This document shows positions 60,245 to 64,000 of a DNA stretch of 64,000 nucleotides, piece after piece. A program made the translations under genes and the position numbers. Source of the DNA: an uncultured Gammaproteobacteria bacterium (GTDB lineage Bacteria > Patescibacteriota > Microgenomatia > CAYSOG01). The DNA is taken from NCBI GenBank assembly GCA_964432675.1, contig CAYSOG010000006.1, positions 1,824 through 65,823 on the forward strand. Reading direction: 5' to 3'. A model generated the notes under the pieces. The model searched no databases. It worked only from the letters and a program-made list of their open reading frames with translations, and was not told where the DNA came from. The first letter of the stretch is position 1; every line of letters begins with the position of its first letter.

Positions 60245-60316
60245 CCTGTTTGAGTTTCTTTTCGGCGTCAATAAGCAGCAACGGCGTTTAAAAAGCGTCA
60301 AGATGGAAGGAAAATC

Positions 60317-60652
60317 ATGGCAACGGCTACGATCGACCAACTGGCGAATGAAGTAATGATTGGGATCAGTGGCGTGCTTATGCACGACATCAGAACGACG
60401 GTTTCCGACGCTCGAGTATCGGGCGACCAACCGACGGAAGAAGGTGCATTTTCGACGCTCGACCACCTTGAGAAAATCCATCATGCGATCGTTGTTTTTT
60501 TGAGCTTTCCTGGCAGGCGCAGCCGCGAGCAAGCTGAGAATCTATCGGGGCTCCTTGAGGGTATGGAGGACTACTCCCCCCTCGAGCCAGTTAAGGATGC
60601 AGTCGTCGAGTTACGTAAGTCGTTGCTCGACCTGCTGGCAAACGCTTCATGA
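60317..60652 (+). CDS. Hypothetical helical protein
   Basis: 111 aa, AAGGA SD. Confidence 0.7.
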   Translation: MATATIDQLANEVMIGISGVLMHDIRTTVSDARVSGDQPTEEGAFSTLDHLEKIHHAIVVFLSFPGRRSREQAENLSGLLEGMEDYSPLEPVKDAVVELRKSLLDLLANAS

Positions 60653-60684
60653 GCTCGACGTGAAGTATCCACCTCAGTAAAGAA

Positions 60685-60831
60685 AGGTTTTCGACGTAGA
60701 TTTTTTGAGTCCCCGTTCAGTTGCATGGACGGGGCTCTTCCTTAAGTCCTTAAACAATTTTGAGGATTGAAGGAAGAACTGATTAAAATAGTTCTTCAAG
60801 AACAGAAATCGCACTTTTAGAGCTGAAAACC
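60685..60831 (+). repeat. Structured intergenic element, copy G
   Basis: AGGTTTTCGACGTAGATT, CCCCGTTCA/TGGACGGGG, TTCCTTAA...TTGAAGGAAG, GAAGAAC/GTTCTTC, GCACTTTTAGA, GAAAACC. Confidence 0.8.
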
Positions 60832-60846
60832 AAAAAGGAGAGGTGG

Positions 60847-61182
60847 ATGACAGTCCAGCAGCAACTCACACACGCGCTCCATGACATGGTCATGGTGAGC
60901 CTTCGGGCGACGCCCGAGGAAGTCGAGTTTGGCCCGCCGTGCAGCTATCTCATCGAGAGCTGTATCAGGGCAGGGGTAGACACGGTTGCAAAAGATATAC
61001 TGTCAAACCGGCAAAGCGAGTTCCGCCTCAACGGCGCAGGACTCAAGCTCATTTCGAACTTGTACGGCACACCCGAAAACCCGCGGCTCACCTTGAGCGT
61101 TGGGGGCGACCAGGCGCATCACTATCCATCAACACTCCCCAAACTGCGACAAATCGTCCAAAACGCCGGCCTAGCCGGGTAA
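60847..61182 (+). CDS. Hypothetical protein
   Basis: 111 aa, AAGGAGAGG SD. Confidence 0.7.
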   Translation: MTVQQQLTHALHDMVMVSLRATPEEVEFGPPCSYLIESCIRAGVDTVAKDILSNRQSEFRLNGAGLKLISNLYGTPENPRLTLSVGGDQAHHYPSTLPKLRQIVQNAGLAG

Positions 61183-61195
61183 AGAGGAGATAGAG

Positions 61196-61510
61196 TTGAG
61201 AAAGTTGACAAAGGCACAGCAGTTGCGGAAGGTCGCTTCGGACCTTGGCGTTGAAGTCAAGGTCGAGGCGGTCGTCCGCCCGTGGGGTGAGACAGATTAC
61301 GTCCTGGAATTCCAGGGCCACTCACCCCAGCCCGAGGTAACCTTTTCATTCATTGAGGCACTAGGCCTCATTTTTGATGAGGTGCCGGACCCCGCCGAAG
61401 GAACGTGTCCAACCTGCGAAAGCGATTGGAGTTGTCCGGTGCACCACACCGGCGACTACTCGCTCACAGGCGGTGACTTTTCAGCTGCCATAATCGCAGC
61501 AGTGTTGTAA
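61196..61510 (+). CDS. Hypothetical protein with CxxC...CxxH
   Basis: TTG start, GAGGAG SD, CPTCESDWSCPVH. Confidence 0.65.
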   Translation: MRKLTKAQQLRKVASDLGVEVKVEAVVRPWGETDYVLEFQGHSPQPEVTFSFIEALGLIFDEVPDPAEGTCPTCESDWSCPVHHTGDYSLTGGDFSAAIIAAVL

Positions 61511-61512
61511 GG

Positions 61513-61657
61513 AGGTTTTCAGCGTAGATATTGGGCGGCAGCCAACAAGCTGTCGCCCTCTTCCAAAAATCTTTTTTTGGCACATTGCCAAAAGAGGCAT
61601 TTTGGAAGAGCGAATAAGCTTTTCAAGAAACACTTTGTTCATTCACAATCTACAGTT
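61513..61657 (+). repeat. Structured intergenic element, copy H
   Basis: AGGTTTTCAGCGTAGATA, GGGCGGCAGC/GCTGTCGCCC, TTCCAAAA...TTTTGGAAG, GAAGAGC/GCTTTTC, GTTCATTCACAATCTACAG. Confidence 0.8.
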
Positions 61658-61694
61658 ACTCTTCCGAAACCGGTAATTTGCCCGGGAAGGAAGC

Positions 61695-62195
61695 ATGAAG
61701 CAACAGGAGAAAATCGTGATGTCGTCGCGAACCAACCGGTCAAAGATCGTAACCAGCCCCGGTGCCCAGTTTCTGGCCAACCGAGGGGTTACATTGTGGC
61801 CATTCTTTAATGCCCGCACCCGGCATATCATTGACGTTGGGCAGTCCGCAGGTTCACCGCTGGTCTACACATCGGCAAGCTTCGACCCTAAAGAAGGGTC
61901 GGAATTTATGCTGACTTGCCATTGGCCAGATCGACACCTGTTGACACAGTTAGTCCGTCAGCAGCCCTACGGGCACTGGTACTTGGATATTTACGACACC
62001 AGCCGGCATGCAAGCCAACGAGCTGATTTAGTCGAGGAATGCCAGCTCATCGTACGCGATGAGTACGGACGAAGCGATGATGTGCCCTGGGATTACCAGG
62101 CGTGGAACGGCCCCGACTGGGACAATGCCGAAATCTATTATCTCGGCTGCCCCATCGTCCAACCCCCAGGCTTAATTGCACGGTTGCCAATCTAG
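61695..62195 (+). CDS. Hypothetical protein (start may be 61716/61719)
   Basis: 166 aa ORF; GGAAGG and AGGAG SD-like sites. Confidence 0.65.
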   Translation: MKQQEKIVMSSRTNRSKIVTSPGAQFLANRGVTLWPFFNARTRHIIDVGQSAGSPLVYTSASFDPKEGSEFMLTCHWPDRHLLTQLVRQQPYGHWYLDIYDTSRHASQRADLVEECQLIVRDEYGRSDDVPWDYQAWNGPDWDNAEIYYLGCPIVQPPGLIARLPI

Positions 62196-62224
62196 AGGCA
62201 AGAAACTAGCAAAGGAGACGCACA

Positions 62225-62572
62225 ATGGAAGGTCTAAGAGCAATAGTAATCTGTTTCGCTTCTCTCGTGGCATTCGTAACATGCTGCAAAGAGCTAGAGA
62301 AACGGGTTGACATGAGACTCCCCTTCGGCATTCTCATCGGGCTATATCACGGCTTCGCTGCGGCTTTGGTCTTCGCAACCTTTTTAGATCCGCAGAGCTG
62401 GATCGGTGCTGATAAGATGAATGTTGAAACGACGGTATTCACCGTCTTCGTGTCGTTGATCGTGAGCGCATTACCAATAGCGATCCTGTCGCTGCTTGGA
62501 TGCGGCTTATGCATGATCCTTTGGACGATACATCAAGCCAGGACCAGGCTGTCACAACTAGTCTCGTTCTGA
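62225..62572 (+). CDS. Three-TM membrane protein
   Basis: AAGGAG SD, hydrophobic segments. Confidence 0.7.
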   Translation: MEGLRAIVICFASLVAFVTCCKELEKRVDMRLPFGILIGLYHGFAAALVFATFLDPQSWIGADKMNVETTVFTVFVSLIVSALPIAILSLLGCGLCMILWTIHQARTRLSQLVSF

Positions 62573-62598
62573 GCAGAACATTCCAGGAGAGGTGAAAA

Positions 62599-62703
62599 AT
62601 GCCCCAAGATAATCTATATTCTGTACTTCTCAGCATCACAATGTGGCTCATAGCACTCGACCTGCTTGGAATAGCTGTCGTTTACAGCTTTGGAATACAT
62701 TAA
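62599..62703 (+). CDS. 34-aa single-TM peptide not in the ORF track
   Basis: AGGAGAGGT SD; MPQDNLYSVLLSITMWLIALDLLGIAVVYSFGIH*. Confidence 0.55.
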   Translation: MPQDNLYSVLLSITMWLIALDLLGIAVVYSFGIH

Positions 62704-62747
62704 CTTCGGTAGCTGGGCCGTATAGCCCACAAAAAAGGAAGCGAAGA

Positions 62748-62879
62748 ATGGATCTTGTTGAGATTCTACGGCATCTCGGGACACTTTCGGACGCAGACTT
62801 GTTGAACGCGCTATTGTTTTCGGTGGCTGGGGTTGGCTATTCAGTTTTGATAATTGCCGGCCTCACCAGGCATCGGTAA
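62748..62879 (+). CDS. 43-aa single-TM peptide
   Basis: AAAGGA SD; MDLVEILRHLG...LLFSVAGVGYSVLIIAGL. Confidence 0.55.
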   Translation: MDLVEILRHLGTLSDADLLNALLFSVAGVGYSVLIIAGLTRHR

Positions 62880-63058
62880 CTGTAGAAATCATGTCCGCCC
62901 TTTACGTCTACCAGACGAAGGGCGGACCTTTCCTTAATGATTGAAGGCAACTTCAGCCATTTAGGAAGGGTGGTAACCACCTTTCATTAACAAATTTATA
63001 TAGGGCGGGAGGGACTTTTGTCCCTCCCCTACCCTGTTCTTTGCACATTAATACAGGT
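62880..63058 (+). repeat. Structured intergenic element, copy I
   Basis: CTGTAGA, GTCCGCCCTT/AAGGGCGGAC, TTCCTTAATG...CATTTAGGAAG, GAAGGGTGG/CCACCTTTC, extra hairpin, GCACATTAATACAG. Confidence 0.8.
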
Positions 63059-63181
63059 TTTAGTAATAGCCACCCGTTTCACCGCTTTATTGTGGAGGAG
63101 TTTTGCCACGCGAAAAATGGCAGGATTAATTTCTTCAGAATTAAGCGGTGAACAGGTAGCCGCTCGGCACACGAAGGAGTT

Positions 63182-63448
63182 GTGTTGGGAAGTAGCCTTC
63201 GCACGTCACAGGTCAATTGTCGGCAGGGACAGGCAAGGATCGCTTGCCACATCCACCAGTGCACTGGCTGCGGCAGGAGCATCAGTAACCCGCATGGCAC
63301 CTGCTCAGAGTCGTGCAAACGGCTCTGCGATAGGTGTAAGCACCCCGGTTTTCCTGCGGCAACTGTTTCTGCTACACAGCCAACTGATATAAGACAATCC
63401 AACCCGAGGTCGACTGGAAGGCCTGCTTCAATATTTACGCGCCTCTGA
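63182..63448 (+). CDS. Cys-rich hypothetical protein
   Basis: AAGGAG SD; CTGC, CSESC, CDRC. Confidence 0.4.
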   Translation: MLGSSLRTSQVNCRQGQARIACHIHQCTGCGRSISNPHGTCSESCKRLCDRCKHPGFPAATVSATQPTDIRQSNPRSTGRPASIFTRL

Positions 63449-63505
63449 TTGCTATCCGCCTGGGTATAATCTCCTACCAAGTCATCTTATTAGAAAGGAG
63501 GAAAA

Positions 63506-63697
63506 GTGGAAGAAGAGGTTTTTGAGGTTAAGTGCCTGAATTGCGGCCGTGTCGCCGGTGAAGTAACGGGCTCAGCGGCCAAGCGCATGGACAGGCCTCC
63601 CAAGTGTAGCCACTGCAACGGCAGGACACACTTGCAACCGCTTGCCAATGACGAACTGGCACTTGCCAGACATCGGCTCAAAGCCAGTATTGCTTAA
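63506..63697 (+). CDS. Small zinc-ribbon protein
   Basis: AAGGAGG SD with GTG start; FEVKCLNCGR...PPKCSHCNGR. Confidence 0.75.
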   Translation: MEEEVFEVKCLNCGRVAGEVTGSAAKRMDRPPKCSHCNGRTHLQPLANDELALARHRLKASIA

Positions 63698-63866
63698 ACC
63701 AAATTTGTTCTCCGCCCTTTCCATTGTGGATTGGGCGGAGACACCTACTTTAAGAGGTAAAGTGTCGATATAACTTTTCTTGTGTCCACATTTTCCTTCT
63801 TAAAAGCCATGGATGGCAAGTAGAGTTGGAACAAAAATTTCGTACATTAATAATCTACAGGTTAAA
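63698..63866 (+). repeat. Structured intergenic element, copy J (divergent)
   Basis: CTCCGCCC/GGGCGGAG hairpin after the stop, TTTTCCTT, GTACATTAATAATCTACAGGTT. Confidence 0.5.
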
Positions 63867-64000
63867 TAAAAACTGAAAGCTCCCCTAGTGGAGACAATTT
63901 ATCCTTCGAGCGATTAGGGAGAAGTTCGTCAATAGAATAGGTAGTCCCAGTAAAGTTCTCGCTTTGTGAGTACACGTCGCTCGAACAATAATATATCCAT

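Noticed and set aside
48236-63866. Repeated elements as classical integron attC sites
   Set aside because: RYYYAAC and GTTRRRY boxes appear only in isolated copies (D, E, J) and not as matched pairs. The elements are multi-hairpin, blocks hold several genes, and no IntI is in the window. Kept only as an alternative hypothesis.
43382-64000. Accessory region as a prophage or ICE
   Set aside because: No integrase, terminase, capsid, relaxase or att repeat was recognised in the window. It cannot be excluded beyond the right edge.
1-64000. CRISPR array, DGR/retron reverse transcriptase, IS transposase, rRNA
   Set aside because: No regularly spaced identical repeats, no RT or transposase motifs and no rRNA signatures were seen.
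1-64000. Alternative genetic code (UGA=Gly)
   Set aside because: Core genes are full length under code 11, and TGA ends genes such as lgt and prfA at the expected positions.

Overview
Bacterial chromosome segment in genetic code 11. It is most likely a Patescibacteria/CPR (Microgenomates-like) genome, inferred from the compact, shuffled housekeeping genes, the many small hypotheticals and frequent leaderless starts. Positions 1-43.3 kb are mainly core genes (tgt, trpS, lspA, lgt, efp, uppS, tldD/pmbA, tRNA-Leu-CAA, dnaB, hisS, rpmE-prfA-prmC, htrA, ctpA, rpsF-ssb-rpsR, ychF) with small accessory inserts. Positions 43.4-64 kb are an accessory region of short unknown ORFs plus a HrpA-like DEAH helicase, transcribed divergently from a promoter pair at 59.38-59.64 kb. 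The main unexplained signal is non-coding. About 10 copies of a ~110-170 nt structured intergenic element punctuate the accessory operons, always in the sense orientation. Each starts near the upstream stop codon and has a GC hairpin, a TTCC...GGAAG hairpin, an alternative GAAG...CTTC hairpin, a boxA-like GYACMTT motif and often CTACAG. The same boxA-like motif follows most accessory promoters, several of which also carry a YYATAG site. Accessory genes use strong Shine-Dalgarno sites while many core genes look leaderless. Together these suggest an undescribed RNA-based termination/antitermination or processing system for the accessory genes. No integrase, CRISPR array, rRNA or phage structural gene was recognised. 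All calls are by eye; no searches were run.
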